This document shows positions 46,598 through 56,921 of a stretch of DNA of 57,064 nt, piece by piece. The translations under genes were made by a program, and so were the position numbers. The stretch comes from Candidatus Lloydbacteria bacterium RIFCSPHIGHO2_02_FULL_50_18. Lineage in GTDB: Bacteria > Patescibacteriota > Minisyncoccia > Phycocordibacterales > UBA6899. Below the pieces are notes generated by a model that did not search any database, had not been told where the DNA came from, and saw nothing but the letters and a program-made list of their open reading frames with translations. The stretch lies in contig MHLM01000010.1 in the NCBI GenBank assembly GCA_001821395.1, forward strand, positions 1 to 57,064, written 5' to 3'. Each line of letters starts with the position of its first letter. Within the stretch, counting starts at the first letter, position 1.

Positions 46598-47524
46598 CTA
46601 CCGATCGAATATCGAGATCAGGTACTGATCAATGGTCCTCTGCTCGAGATCGTAGAAATATTTATTTTCAATATGCAACCGAAGTGCCAGGCTTTTCCCC
46701 ACAAAACGAAAATGCCATGGCTCAAAGACGTAATACGTATTCTCCTTAGGGTATGACAACACAAAACCGTACTCATATGCATGCTCCATAAGCCACCGAT
46801 ACGCATCGTCCTTTTCAAATGCGGTGTACCTTGCTCCCAATTGTTTTGTCGTGAGATCAACGGCGGTACCGAGTTGGTGTTCTGAGTATCCCTGATCTGC
46901 GGAAAATCTGTTCGACGTTCCCGCCCCATAAAGCACGGAATAAACCGACTTGAGAGTACTCTGCTCACCGAATGAGCGATAGGCGGAAAGAACCCGCAGA
47001 TCAATACCGTCGCCAACCGCATCATTCAGGAGCTCGAAAAGAAACGGGAGCATTTCCCCGTACACTTTCTTTTCTTTTTCAGGCTGAAAAACATACTGAG
47101 AAGGAACGACTTCGAGCGTCTTGGGGGTGAAATTCTCATTCAAAAAATACACGCGTGAATATTTTTTAAGCAACTCTGTATCGGTAGTACTAAGCTTCTC
47201 AAGCGTTCCCACCGTTCCTAGCGCCGACTCAACCTGCAGCTGCATCGCGCTAATAAGGACCTGCTCCTCTCGAAGAGTTTTTTCAAGATCATCCCGCTTG
47301 CTCGTTGTTGTCGCGAGTAAGCGCTGCAGTACGTCGATATTTTCAAGCAGAAATGCCGAGCGTGATGCGTATTCCTCTTTTGTATGCGCAAGTTCACTCT
47401 CAAGTTTTGCCTTCGTGTCGAGAAGCACCCAATATGCATACCCCGAAAAGCCCACAATGCAGGCGATAAAAAATGTCAGCAGGATGATAAATATGGTGTC
47501 CTTGCGTGTCGTATCAGGTTCCAC
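46598..47524 (-). CDS. D-alanyl-D-alanine carboxypeptidase, VanY/M15B family, membrane-anchored
   Basis: SEHQLGTAVDL and EPWHFRFVG are VanY active-site motifs. GTG start with a TATAAT 10 nt upstream. Confidence 0.75.
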   Translation of the reverse strand: MEPDTTRKDTIFIILLTFFIACIVGFSGYAYWVLLDTKAKLESELAHTKEEYASRSAFLLENIDVLQRLLATTTSKRDDLEKTLREEQVLISAMQLQVESALGTVGTLEKLSTTDTELLKKYSRVYFLNENFTPKTLEVVPSQYVFQPEKEKKVYGEMLPFLFELLNDAVGDGIDLRVLSAYRSFGEQSTLKSVYSVLYGAGTSNRFSADQGYSEHQLGTAVDLTTKQLGARYTAFEKDDAYRWLMEHAYEYGFVLSYPKENTYYVFEPWHFRFVGKSLALRLHIENKYFYDLEQRTIDQYLISIFDR

Positions 47525-47650
47525 AGGAGCATTATATCACGTGCGAAATGTAGCCCGAAAACAATGACGATCGCTCGCCTCTTGCGCAAGTTGCAATCTT
47601 TGATAGGATGCCCTAGGAATTTTGTTCAACAAACTTAAAGGAAATTTCAA

Positions 47651-48169
47651 ATGGCTCACACGCTCGACGACAAGACGACACTCGCTGCAGTGCGCGTGTT
47701 GATCAAACGCGAGGCTCACTACTCCGCCGTACGCACACTTATTGCACACTCACGATCACAGCCGCATGTTGTCACATGCACTATTCGCATCCTGCTTTCT
47801 CAATGGAATGCAGTGCAGAGCGTGACGCTGGCGAAAAGCCTAGAGCCGATATTCTTTGCCATCGACCTGCTTGCAATCGCAAGACCCGGAAAAGCACTTA
47901 TTGATTCAGTGATAAAAGAGGCCGCACGTGCAGGACTCTGTGGATATTTTCCTGATCTTCCGAAACGCGTACTTGGGCGAAACCCCGACGAGACAGAGAT
48001 GACACTGCTGATCAGTAATTACGTCAAGAACAAGGCAGTGCAATCGAGTACCGCCGAGGCGAAACTGGTCCGCATGGCTGAGAGCTATTGTTCAAAGCAT
48101 GTAGCAGAAGAACAGATTGCGCGTATCCGTGCATTCAAAAAAGAATGGGACGAAGATATTAGCCTGTAA
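47651..48169 (+). CDS. Hypothetical protein
   Basis: 172-aa ORF with an AAAGGA SD. No family recognised. Confidence 0.45.
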   Translation: MAHTLDDKTTLAAVRVLIKREAHYSAVRTLIAHSRSQPHVVTCTIRILLSQWNAVQSVTLAKSLEPIFFAIDLLAIARPGKALIDSVIKEAARAGLCGYFPDLPKRVLGRNPDETEMTLLISNYVKNKAVQSSTAEAKLVRMAESYCSKHVAEEQIARIRAFKKEWDEDISL

Positions 48170-48172
48170 ACT

Positions 48173-48200
48173 AAGCCGCAGCAAACGCTGCGGCTTTTTT
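48173..48200 (+). terminator. Rho-independent terminator after 47651..48169
   Basis: aagccgcagc aaac gctgcggctt tttt, 4 nt after the stop. Confidence 0.65.
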
Positions 48201-48281
48201 ATATGAAAATGTCAGCGGGCATGAAAACAGCGGCACCTCGCTTCGGAGATACCGCTGTTCTTTTATGCTCGTACGAATTTC

Positions 48282-49475
48282 CTATTGCACGAACGTTCCT
48301 ATCTTGAGCGAAACAAGAGCGTTTGCCGGATTTGCTTGTCCGCCATGCTGGGCACTAAACGATGACGTGCCATCCTTCCCGCAGATCGCGAGAATGATAC
48401 TCCCGCCGGGATGAGCGGCAACATATGACGTGAGGTCATACACAGTACCTGATACCACTGAGTAACAACTTGCTGCTGTGTTGTGTGTTGCGACCTGCGC
48501 AAGTGTGAATGTTGGCGTAGACGGTACCTGAGGCAGTGTGCCTGTTGCAACAAATGACCCCTCTACTGTTGTGATCTTAGCGTTATTCGCATCCGTGCTT
48601 TCCGCAACGAAATAGTAGGTCGTGTTCGCGAAGAGTCCGCTCAACAATGCACGGTGAGATGTAATGCGTGTGCCATCCGACCAAACAAGCGCACTCGTAG
48701 TCGATACAGGAGACGTCGTTGCATAGAATACCTTCGCATCCGCAGGACGGTTCGTTGTCCATGCAAGCATCTCAGATGTCGAACTGACCGAAGAAACGGT
48801 CACCGTCGACATCGTGAGTGATGTTGTGGAATTTCCTACCTCACGACAAGGAAGCGAGAGGCGATAGTCATTCTTACTGCCACGCTCGTAACGTTTTTCG
48901 TTATCCCGATCATCACTATCGTCATCTTCTTCATCGTCGTCATCACGATCTTCCAGTGTTGAAGAGGTCGATCCTGATACGACTGCACTGACACATGGAA
49001 GCGCATTCCCCTTGTTGCTCTCTCGTTCGTTCTTCTCCCTTTCTTTCTTTGCTATTTCGAATATCTTTTCAAACGCTTCGGCGGTCTTTCTATCGAATTT
49101 TCCGTCAATACGAAGTCCGTGTTTTTTTTGAAATCGCTTGACCGCCTCTCTCGTGAGCTTACCGTAATAACCGGTCACCTTTCCCTCAGGATAGATACTT
49201 GCATCACCCGCAAGCGCGGTCTGAAGGAGTTTTACCTGTTCTCCGGTCATTCCCTCGCTCATTTCACCCAAGAGCCCGAGTGTAGTATTGATACTCGCCT
49301 GCGTTATAGCGACAGACTTCTGCGCCTCAAGCAATGCGGCAACCTGCGCGGTAAGTGACGCGATCTGCTGCTGCAGCTGTGCGATCAACTGGTCTGTCGT
49401 TGTACTTGCGAACGCGGTCGTACTCCCCGCAAAAAGGACCGCGCTCATGATAAATATTGCTACCGTTTTTTTCAT
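48282..49475 (-). CDS. Secreted protein with a peptidoglycan-binding (PG_binding_1-like) domain, an acidic D/E-rich segment, a beta-rich region and a C-terminal cytochrome b5-like heme-binding domain
   Basis: LLQTALAGD...GYYGKLTREAVKRFQKKHGLRIDG matches PG-binding repeats. The C-terminus LAQVATHNTAASCYSVVSGTVYDLTSYVAAHPGG...FSAQHGG has the cyt b5 HPGG motif. Confidence 0.6.
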   Translation of the reverse strand: MKKTVAIFIMSAVLFAGSTTAFASTTTDQLIAQLQQQIASLTAQVAALLEAQKSVAITQASINTTLGLLGEMSEGMTGEQVKLLQTALAGDASIYPEGKVTGYYGKLTREAVKRFQKKHGLRIDGKFDRKTAEAFEKIFEIAKKEREKNERESNKGNALPCVSAVVSGSTSSTLEDRDDDDEEDDDSDDRDNEKRYERGSKNDYRLSLPCREVGNSTTSLTMSTVTVSSVSSTSEMLAWTTNRPADAKVFYATTSPVSTTSALVWSDGTRITSHRALLSGLFANTTYYFVAESTDANNAKITTVEGSFVATGTLPQVPSTPTFTLAQVATHNTAASCYSVVSGTVYDLTSYVAAHPGGSIILAICGKDGTSSFSAQHGGQANPANALVSLKIGTFVQ

Positions 49476-49862
49476 ATATTCTTTATTGTTTGATAATCGC
49501 TACAACACATCATCCTTTCCACACTCACGTCCCTGCGAAAATGGAATGAAGATGAATAATGCTACACCGATACAATGCGGCAAAACGACTGTAACGTTAC
49601 AATTATGACACACATTGAGCATGCCGCCAGATAAGCCGTGCGCTCATCAATGGTTCGGCTCGGTTGCTTCTTTGGGCTGAACCGGGCAAAAGATCACCGC
49701 GGCAAGCGTTTGCGCAAAAAGATGCGCCTATGCTTGCTCGGACCGCATCTTGCATTTGTTCAATTCTTCCTTAAGCTCTACCATTTTCAACTCGCGTCCG
49801 ATAAGGAATTTATTCATCTTTTCCAGTTCATCGGCCTTTTCGAGAAGCTCCTGCTGCGTTCG

Positions 49863-50357
49863 CTACCGTTCCGATGCTAAGGGAATTTCGGTCATGCGGG
49901 GCAAATCGGATGATGATGGCGTCGATAAGAACATCTGATAGGTACTACCCTCTTCAGTTTCAATACGGACGTCCAAGATATCGGTGACCTCATGAAGCCG
50001 TTTCATAAATTCGCCGGTCGGACTATTCAATATACTCTCCGCGGTCGCATACTTACTTAAAAACTGCGTCACTACCTCCCCAATAACATCCATTTGTTCA
50101 ATGAAATTATTCAATTGCTCAATGTCTTCCCCTTCCGACCTTTTTTTGGCTAAATATTTGACGTAGAACGTCTCATTTTCGAGTTTCAGATGCTGAAATA
50201 GATCGCTCTTGAATTTCGAGAGTTCGTCATAGACGAGATCGACATTCGATCGATCGAGCGATGTCGCATGCGCCAATATCGCCGCAACATCCTCCCGAAG
50301 CTCCTGATGCTGAGCGATAAGCGCACTGACAAGTTTTTGTTCGCTTGAGGTATCCAT
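49863..50357 (-). CDS. Hemerythrin-like (HHE cation-binding) domain protein
   Basis: H/E-rich helices (LIAQHQELRED, LFQHLKLENETFY). The ATG at 50357 is preferred over the TTG at 50459. Confidence 0.5.
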   Translation of the reverse strand: MDTSSEQKLVSALIAQHQELREDVAAILAHATSLDRSNVDLVYDELSKFKSDLFQHLKLENETFYVKYLAKKRSEGEDIEQLNNFIEQMDVIGEVVTQFLSKYATAESILNSPTGEFMKRLHEVTDILDVRIETEEGSTYQMFLSTPSSSDLPRMTEIPLASER

Positions 50358-50506
50358 GAGTATAGTATACCCATAGGTCACACTTTCTTCCAGCGTGTTT
50401 TCGTACGATCCTTGCCACGTATCGGTGAAGCGCCAAAAACGCAGAGAAGGATAGAACAAACCGCCCGTATGGGCGGCCTTTCTGTACGCTATTCCGACGT
50501 AACCGT

Positions 50507-52687
50507 CTAAACGCTCGGTACTTTCAGAATACGTTTTATTCGCAGACTATTTCCCACGACGCTCACACTTGAGAGCGCCATGGCTCCTCCGGCAATCATC
50601 GGATCGAGCATGCCAAAGGCCGCAAGCGGAAGCGCAGCGATATTATAGAAGAATGCCCAAAAGAGATTCTGCTTAATCGTGCGGAATGTGAGCGCCGAAA
50701 GCATCAAGGCTTCAACGACCTTCATGGGGCTCCCCTTCACAAGAACGATATTGCCCGCTTCGATTGCGATGTCGGTACCGGTACCGATCGCGATACCCAA
50801 GTCCGCCTGTACCAACGCAGGAGCATCATTGATGCCATCACCGACAAATGCCACATGCACGCCACCCCCCTGAAGTGCTCTGACCTGCTCGGCCTTCTCG
50901 CCGGGAAGCACTTCGGCGAAGATCTCATCGATACCGGCAGCTCGCGCTATCGCTTCGGCGGTCCTCACATTATCGCCGGTGATCATCACCGCTCTCATGC
51001 CCGCCGCCTTCAATTTGCTGATTGCCTCAAACGCATCGGGTTTCAGTGTATCGGCAATCGCAAGCATACCGACCGCCTGTGCATTCCGAGCAAGGACGAT
51101 GACCGTCTTCGCTTCCGCCTCCAATGCTTCGATCCTTGACTCCGCCGCAGTGAGCACGATGCCGCTCTCTTTCATAAAGCGCGCACTACCGATCAGCACG
51201 CTCGCACCATCGATGTCCCCCTTTACTCCTTTTCCCGCGACACTCTCAAATTGCGCCACCTCCGAAAGTAGGAGCTGCTTTTCTTTCGCAATATTCACTA
51301 CCGATTGTGCCAGAGGATGTTCAGAAAATGCCTCGAGGCTTGCTCCCAACCTCAACACATCATCGGCGGTAAATTCTTCGTTAAGAGCAAGCATGTCGGT
51401 CACCACGGGTTTTCCGAGCGTGAGCGTCCCTGTTTTGTCGAATACGACCACGTTGATATTACTCCCCTTCTGCAGCGCCTCACCGTTCTTGATGAGAATG
51501 CCGCGCTTCGCACCCAGTCCCGTTCCAACCATGATGGCCGTCGGCGTCGCAAGACCCAATGCGCATGGGCAGGCAATCACCAAGACCGCAATAGCGCGGA
51601 CGATCGAGAGCGCAATATCTCCGGAGGTGAGATACCAAACCGCTGCCGTGACAACGGCGATACCGAGCACGATGGGTACGAATATTCCCGAGATCTTGTC
51701 GGCAAGCTTTTGGATAGGAGCCTTATTCATTTGCGCCTCGCTCACCATATTGACGATTTGCGCAAGCACCGTATCGGACCCGACCTTCGCTGCTTGTATG
51801 TAGAGGACGCCGGCGGAATTCATCGTTGCACCATATACACCGTCACCGACGTTCTTCGTCACGGGCATACTCTCTCCCGTCAGCATCGACTCGTCAACGC
51901 TCGATGTGCCTTTCCATACCTTTCCGTCGACGGGAACCTTCTCACCGGGCTTCACGAGGAGGATGTTGCCCACGACGACCGACTCGACGGGGACATCGTG
52001 GACATCATCACCGGAAACAAGATGTGCCGTCTTTGCGCCAAGCAGGACCAATTTTTCGATCGCCTCGCTCGCCTGTCCGCGGCTCAGCGTTTCAAAATAT
52101 CTCCCAAGAAGAATGAGTGCGGCAATGACCGCGCCGGTCTCAAAGAAGAAGTGTCCGCCGGTCGCCATCGCGACATAGCTATAGATGAGCGCAGAAAGCA
52201 CCCCCATCGAAACGAGCGTATTCATGTCCGCGGAACGTTGAAGCAGTTGTTTCCACATCCCAATATGGAACTCCCGTCCAAGCACCAGAATGACGAAGTT
52301 TGCGAGGATCGCCTCGATCCACGTACTCAAGTTGTTTCCCAAGAACGTAAGGGGAAGCTCTATGGCGAACATGCCGAGGAAAAGTACGGGTAATGCGAAA
52401 CCGATAGCGATTGTTGCACGTCGCTTCGACATGCCCAATTCCTTTCGTGCGGCATCCTTTTGCGCTTCGACGGTTGCTCCGCTTAGCACCTGATACCCAT
52501 TCTTAATAATGACCCCTTCTATCTGTTTCTCGTCGGTCACCGTTTCGTCGTAAAGCACACGCGCGCTATTTGTCGCGAGATTTACCGAAGCGCTGCTCAC
52601 CCCTTTCAATTTTTGGAGCGACCGTTCATTGCGCACGACGCATGACGCGCAATGCATTCCCGCGATATTGATCGTTGTTGTTTTCAT
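50507..52687 (-). CDS. copA: Copper-translocating P1B-type ATPase
   Basis: N-terminal HMA domain (GMHCASCV), the CPC motif, DKTGTLT and GDGINDAP. Confidence 0.9.
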   Translation of the reverse strand: MKTTTINIAGMHCASCVVRNERSLQKLKGVSSASVNLATNSARVLYDETVTDEKQIEGVIIKNGYQVLSGATVEAQKDAARKELGMSKRRATIAIGFALPVLFLGMFAIELPLTFLGNNLSTWIEAILANFVILVLGREFHIGMWKQLLQRSADMNTLVSMGVLSALIYSYVAMATGGHFFFETGAVIAALILLGRYFETLSRGQASEAIEKLVLLGAKTAHLVSGDDVHDVPVESVVVGNILLVKPGEKVPVDGKVWKGTSSVDESMLTGESMPVTKNVGDGVYGATMNSAGVLYIQAAKVGSDTVLAQIVNMVSEAQMNKAPIQKLADKISGIFVPIVLGIAVVTAAVWYLTSGDIALSIVRAIAVLVIACPCALGLATPTAIMVGTGLGAKRGILIKNGEALQKGSNINVVVFDKTGTLTLGKPVVTDMLALNEEFTADDVLRLGASLEAFSEHPLAQSVVNIAKEKQLLLSEVAQFESVAGKGVKGDIDGASVLIGSARFMKESGIVLTAAESRIEALEAEAKTVIVLARNAQAVGMLAIADTLKPDAFEAISKLKAAGMRAVMITGDNVRTAEAIARAAGIDEIFAEVLPGEKAEQVRALQGGGVHVAFVGDGINDAPALVQADLGIAIGTGTDIAIEAGNIVLVKGSPMKVVEALMLSALTFRTIKQNLFWAFFYNIAALPLAAFGMLDPMIAGGAMALSSVSVVGNSLRIKRILKVPSV

Positions 52688-52693
52688 GATAGG

Positions 52694-53098
52694 TTAGTTG
52701 AATTGTATCTGGAGCGAATACATCCCCATACTGCAGAGTGCCGTGATCGAACTTCCTACCGGCAGGAGAGGAAGATCAAAAACGGTGACCCCCGTTGCGG
52801 GAAGCATTTTTCGCACTCCTAGGCTTGGGATCGTGAACGCAGCGGAGCAATCATAGGTCCCCTTTGTTTCAACCTCAAGCTTTGTCGGGGTCCCCGCTTT
52901 TGCGATCACCTCATTCGGCGTATATCCTCCGCGTGCGATGACGTGAATAACCTGTACTCCGTTTTCCACGCGCACCGTCTCGACGCTCGGACGGGAAGGA
53001 TCGGCGGGAATGCGTGCTCCGCCGTCAGTGCTCACAATAAGCCAAATGAGTCCGAATATTCCGATGGTACAAAGCGCAATGTATATCTTTTGTTGCAT
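52694..53098 (-). CDS. Membrane-anchored cupredoxin-like domain protein
   Basis: The ATG at 53098 is 1 nt after the upstream stop. A TM helix is followed by a ~100-aa beta domain with conserved Cys/Met (TYDCSAAF, ALCSMGMYSL). Cupredoxin-like proteins often accompany copA. Confidence 0.45.
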   Translation of the reverse strand: MQQKIYIALCTIGIFGLIWLIVSTDGGARIPADPSRPSVETVRVENGVQVIHVIARGGYTPNEVIAKAGTPTKLEVETKGTYDCSAAFTIPSLGVRKMLPATGVTVFDLPLLPVGSSITALCSMGMYSLQIQFN

Positions 53099-53099
53099 A

Positions 53100-54110
53100 T
53101 CAGATATTGAACAACGGGCGAATATATCCGAGGCTTGCAAGTGATGCGGAGAGTGCAAAGCAACCGAAGCCGATCACGACGACCCCTGCCGTCTTGAAGA
53201 AAAGCGGAGCAAAACGGGATTGCGCGAAACTGAACGATCCGAACGAAAGAAGTGCAAGCATCGGCAGCGTACCGAGCGCGAACATTCCCATGATCGAAAG
53301 CCCGTCCATAAAAGAACCGCTCGAGAGTGCTGCGATTTGCATTGCTTGAGTAAAGCCGCATGGCAAAAAGAACGTCCCCATACCCACGAGGAAGGGAGCA
53401 AGAAACCCTCCTTCGATCGCGGAGAGACGATCAAATATTCCCTTCGGCAACACAAGCTGGAATCGCCGAGCGAAATGAAAGATATCAAGCAAATTGAATC
53501 CGAGCATGATCATGACGAGCGCAGCAACAATGCCGAGCACTGTCGCCACCCCACCGCTCAATGAAAGTCCCGCGCCGATGACGCCAAGCACGCCCCCAAG
53601 CACTGCGAATCCTGACATACGCCCGACGTGAAAAAAGAGGAACGGACGCACGGACGATACATCTTTTGCGATACGTGCGGAAAGGGAGAGCACCAATCCC
53701 CCGACAACCGCGAGGCATGTCGAGAGCGAGGCAACAACGCCGATCATGAATGCCGTGGAGGGGGTCAGTCCCCCCTCAAAACCAAGGTTCAATAACCCCG
53801 AACGCTGCAATAAGACAAAGAGCGCAAGCACGACCGCTCCGATCAGAACGGCAAGCAGCGTCGTTCCATGTCCCGTTGCGGACACTTCTCTTTCGGTCGT
53901 GAGACGATAGTTGTGGGGAGTAAGCAACGCGGAAAACCGGGATGCGATCTGCTCCGCATCATCAGAGATGTCTCCTTCGATCGTGACGACTTGTTTTGCG
54001 AGGTCGACGTTCACGCGAGCAACGTCGGGTTGCTCGCCGAGAATATCCTCGATAAGTATCTTGCAGGAGGGGCAGTGAGTGCCGCTCACGTGGAGAATAT
54101 GAATTGTCAT
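53100..54110 (-). CDS. Fusion of a heavy-metal-associated (HMA) domain with a CcdA/DsbD-like 6-TM thiol-disulfide transporter
   Basis: N-terminus HVSGTHCPSCK (HMA CxxC). The TM region has Cys in TM1 (STCLAVVGG) and TM4 (FLPCGFTQA), typical of CcdA. Confidence 0.65.
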   Translation of the reverse strand: MTIHILHVSGTHCPSCKILIEDILGEQPDVARVNVDLAKQVVTIEGDISDDAEQIASRFSALLTPHNYRLTTEREVSATGHGTTLLAVLIGAVVLALFVLLQRSGLLNLGFEGGLTPSTAFMIGVVASLSTCLAVVGGLVLSLSARIAKDVSSVRPFLFFHVGRMSGFAVLGGVLGVIGAGLSLSGGVATVLGIVAALVMIMLGFNLLDIFHFARRFQLVLPKGIFDRLSAIEGGFLAPFLVGMGTFFLPCGFTQAMQIAALSSGSFMDGLSIMGMFALGTLPMLALLSFGSFSFAQSRFAPLFFKTAGVVVIGFGCFALSASLASLGYIRPLFNI

Positions 54111-54184
54111 AGTATATTATTGTTTGTTTATAGTACGCACTGATGTGTCAGGGTCAAAGATCCCGAAGCACAAAAACACGCGCC

Positions 54185-54583
54185 TTATGCAAACAGCCGT
54201 GAATGAAGTATGCCTCGTGAGAACGCGGAAAAAAGTGTCGCAAAAAACCTCACGCGTGCATTACGCGCACGCAGATGTTCAAGAGAGAGAGGAGGACGAT
54301 CTATCCGCTCCGCAAAATATTGCACGAAGAAAAGGAGAACGAGCGCAATAACAGCAAGCGAAACATCAGTGGGTCGCGCCGTTGAGAGCTGCTGCCAATC
54401 GGCAATATGGGCCACGAGCGACATCGGACAGCTTGCTCCATTGTCATCCATGAATGGACACGGGGTCATCGTCCCATTCGTCTGCATCGTCATCCCCATT
54501 GAGATACTCCATCCTCCAACGAGAAAAAAGACGCTCAACATGATGAGCGCAACCGCCTTCTTGGCCGTATGGGGGGCAAACAT
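54185..54583 (-). CDS. Small membrane protein with a Met/Cys-rich periplasmic segment (putative copper-binding)
   Basis: The ATG at 54583 is preferred (MFAPHTAKKAVALIMLSVFFLVGG). The motif SISMGMTMQTNGTMTPCPFMDDNGASCPM is present. It sits upstream of the copper operon. Confidence 0.35.
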   Translation of the reverse strand: MFAPHTAKKAVALIMLSVFFLVGGWSISMGMTMQTNGTMTPCPFMDDNGASCPMSLVAHIADWQQLSTARPTDVSLAVIALVLLFFVQYFAERIDRPPLSLEHLRARNARVRFFATLFSAFSRGILHSRLFA

Positions 54584-54694
54584 ATAGATAGGATAATATA
54601 TTAACGATGGATTGCAAGAGGTCGACCGTCGCAATCCGCGCAAAAAAATCGCCGCACAGTGAATTGTGCGGCGTGGGAACCCAAACGTTCATGT

Positions 54695-55834
54695 CTACGC
54701 AGTGAGCGAATACATGATGTTGATGAGCTCTTGAAGGCGAGACTTTTCCCAGCTTGGCGGATAATAATCCGCGATACGTTGGAACCCGGGGAGGCACCAC
54801 CGTGCGACATCCTTGTGCCCCATCGAGTATTGCCAGGGTGAACAGCTGTAGAAATTCCGATTGAACAGATCTTCAAGCACTTCCGAAAGCGGGCTTGGAG
54901 CCATGGCATACGCGATGCGAATGAACTCGTTCCACGGCTGATGGAACTCGTTCGTCGGGTGGTCCCACAGATGGAATGCCGGCTCGCCAACTCCTGATGA
55001 CCAAGAACTATGCGGGATGCACGACCGTTTCTTTTCGAACCCCTCGTAGATCGCATTGAGCGGAACGAGGTCCGCCTCACTACTTTCGCTAATCTCATCA
55101 CAGAACGGGCGAAGGAAGTGCTCGAGGAGACCGGGGCGGTGATGGTCAAAAGTTTCACCATCAAGGTAGAGGTAGAGATAGCTTGCACCGTCGTGATGCA
55201 ATTTTTCTCGCCACTCTTTTTGTCCAATGATCAGTTCGCGCGCATACCGACGGCCATTGAACACATCCTTGAAGGCGAGTTCCACCGATCGCTCTCTTGA
55301 ACGCAGGAGGACACCAACACCATATGCTTCGGGAATCCACGTCGAGGGCGCCCGCAAATGATCTTCCATGTTGCTCCGCTGGTGGACAAAAATCTTGTCG
55401 TCTGCGACGCACCATTTATACCCCAGGTCGCTAAATAGTTTCGCCAGCGACTGCTTGAATGCCATTTCCGGAGGAAAGATTCCGGGAAGCGGATCATTAT
55501 CAATGATGTGCTTCCGATAAAAATCCTCATTCATTCGGATCTGCTTCACCAAAAGTTCGCGTGGGGTGATCGGTGCAAGAGGATGGAAAGCGATGGTGTT
55601 CACCATCTCCAGCTGACCCTTCTTATACAGCGCTTTCAGCCGTTCGAGATATTCCTGAGGCAAGTGCTCACCAAGCGACAATGAGAGGTTCATCGACAGC
55701 TTGATGCACGGATAGCGCTCCATGTATGCAACCATCGGCTCGTAACAAACGCGATAGATCTCATCGCGCACATGTTTGAGCTGGGTCGGCGGTTGATATA
55801 GATGCACGCCGAGACTGAATAGTGACCGTGACAT
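54695..55834 (-). CDS. Glycoside-hydrolase family 57-like protein (N-terminal catalytic region)
   Basis: The ATG at 55834 has AAGGAGA 7 nt upstream; the ORF-track start is TTG. GVHLYQPP and GQLEMVNTIAFHPLAPI resemble the GH57 HQP and GQxE...HPIxPL motifs. The overlapping 54601..55227 ORF is judged spurious. Confidence 0.45.
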   Translation of the reverse strand: MSRSLFSLGVHLYQPPTQLKHVRDEIYRVCYEPMVAYMERYPCIKLSMNLSLSLGEHLPQEYLERLKALYKKGQLEMVNTIAFHPLAPITPRELLVKQIRMNEDFYRKHIIDNDPLPGIFPPEMAFKQSLAKLFSDLGYKWCVADDKIFVHQRSNMEDHLRAPSTWIPEAYGVGVLLRSRERSVELAFKDVFNGRRYARELIIGQKEWREKLHHDGASYLYLYLDGETFDHHRPGLLEHFLRPFCDEISESSEADLVPLNAIYEGFEKKRSCIPHSSWSSGVGEPAFHLWDHPTNEFHQPWNEFIRIAYAMAPSPLSEVLEDLFNRNFYSCSPWQYSMGHKDVARWCLPGFQRIADYYPPSWEKSRLQELINIMYSLTA

Positions 55835-56002
55835 GATATTCTCCTTCAATAAAATGAACGTAACAAAATTATTCCTGAATTAATCCTGTAACAACCCTGC
55901 ACGAATGTCAACAAATTTCACGGTTGAATAGCAATAGCACAAACAGACGAACCGTTTTCAACGGAATCGTATGGAAAAAAATAACTACCGACCTCATTGT
56001 GT

Positions 56003-56026
56003 CACAAAAAAGCCGCATGAGGCTTC
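56003..56026 (-). terminator. Terminator after the PNPOx-like gene
   Basis: Hairpin agcc gcatga ggct with the T-run on the minus strand (plus-strand aaaaaa at 56005-56010). Confidence 0.45.
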
Positions 56027-56081
56027 TCTTGCTGCTTTGCCTTCTCGAACTATTCCCTATTACGAATGAGGGCGGAACTGT

Positions 56082-56543
56082 TTAAAGCAACTGCTGAAAA
56101 TCCTTACCGTACGTCTCCGGATATGTCATTTTGTCGAGATTGAGCCATGTGAGCCATCGCGGTTTCACCTTGATCGTAACGAATCCGGTTTTATTCACCT
56201 GCGAAAGCGGAAGCTGATCCGCTTCATAGAGCTGTATCCGTTCGATGATCTTTGCAAAAAGGTTGAAATCCACATCTTCGATGATCTCGACTTCGCCCGC
56301 CCCCTGGACCGTGCTCACCATCTTACCAAACCCAATGACAATACTCGCCCGCTTGTTGACCATGAGATTTTTTATCTTTTGCGAGTCTTTCGAAGAAATA
56401 AAATAAAAATTGAAGTCGTCATCGACATCATAATAGAGCACCGCCGACTGAGACTCTCCGCTAAGTGAGCTCGTCGCGAGGACAGCAGTGATATGCTGGC
56501 GCAAAAATGCAAGCGCATGTTTTTGCAATTCTTCTTTGGGCAT
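56082..56543 (-). CDS. Pyridoxamine 5'-phosphate oxidase-like FMN-binding split-barrel protein
   Basis: HITAVLATSSLSGESQSAVLYY...ASIVIGFGK pattern; 153 aa. Confidence 0.7.
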   Translation of the reverse strand: MPKEELQKHALAFLRQHITAVLATSSLSGESQSAVLYYDVDDDFNFYFISSKDSQKIKNLMVNKRASIVIGFGKMVSTVQGAGEVEIIEDVDFNLFAKIIERIQLYEADQLPLSQVNKTGFVTIKVKPRWLTWLNLDKMTYPETYGKDFQQLL

Positions 56544-56654
56544 AATGAGTTATGATTACCAAACTCTTTTAAGCGAGAGCACGCCCGGAGAAGATGGTGC
56601 TCGTACTTAAAGTATAGCACAGAACCGTAGCGAATGCCACTCCTATAACGCGCA

Positions 56655-56921
56655 TTATTTCTCAACATATACCTCGAGGGCGCCATCGCCGCCGTCCTGA
56701 ATTTTTGACTGACTGAAGCGAATGTTTCTCGAGGTCAGATAATTCTTCACGAAGTCGCGCAAAACGGGACCCCCCTTGCTGTGGATGCCTTTGCCGACGA
56801 TAATCCGCACGTGCAAAGGACCGTCCTTTGCAAAAAGGTCGCGCAGGATGCACTCGGTCTCCGTGATGATGCGGCCATGAAGATCGATGATCTCATCCGG
56901 TTGCTGAGGATATTTATTCAT
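56655..56921 (-). CDS. Smr (small MutS-related) domain protein
   Basis: IDLHG...VRIIVGKGIHS...LRDFVKNYL are the canonical Smr motifs. Confidence 0.8.
   Translation of the reverse strand: MNKYPQQPDEIIDLHGRIITETECILRDLFAKDGPLHVRIIVGKGIHSKGGPVLRDFVKNYLTSRNIRFSQSKIQDGGDGALEVYVEK

Noticed and set aside
54601-55227. The 208-aa ORF overlapping the GH57-like gene
   Set aside because: Ser/Arg-rich wrong-frame ORF entirely inside 54695..55834.
55895-55965. Alternative hairpins (ccgtt-gaa-aacgg versus acggtt...aaccgt) upstream of the GH57-like gene, considered as an attenuator
   Set aside because: They lie upstream of the best -35 candidate (TTGACA at 55911-55906, minus strand), so they are probably not in the leader. 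They may be part of the preceding gene's 3' end. Evidence is too weak to call.
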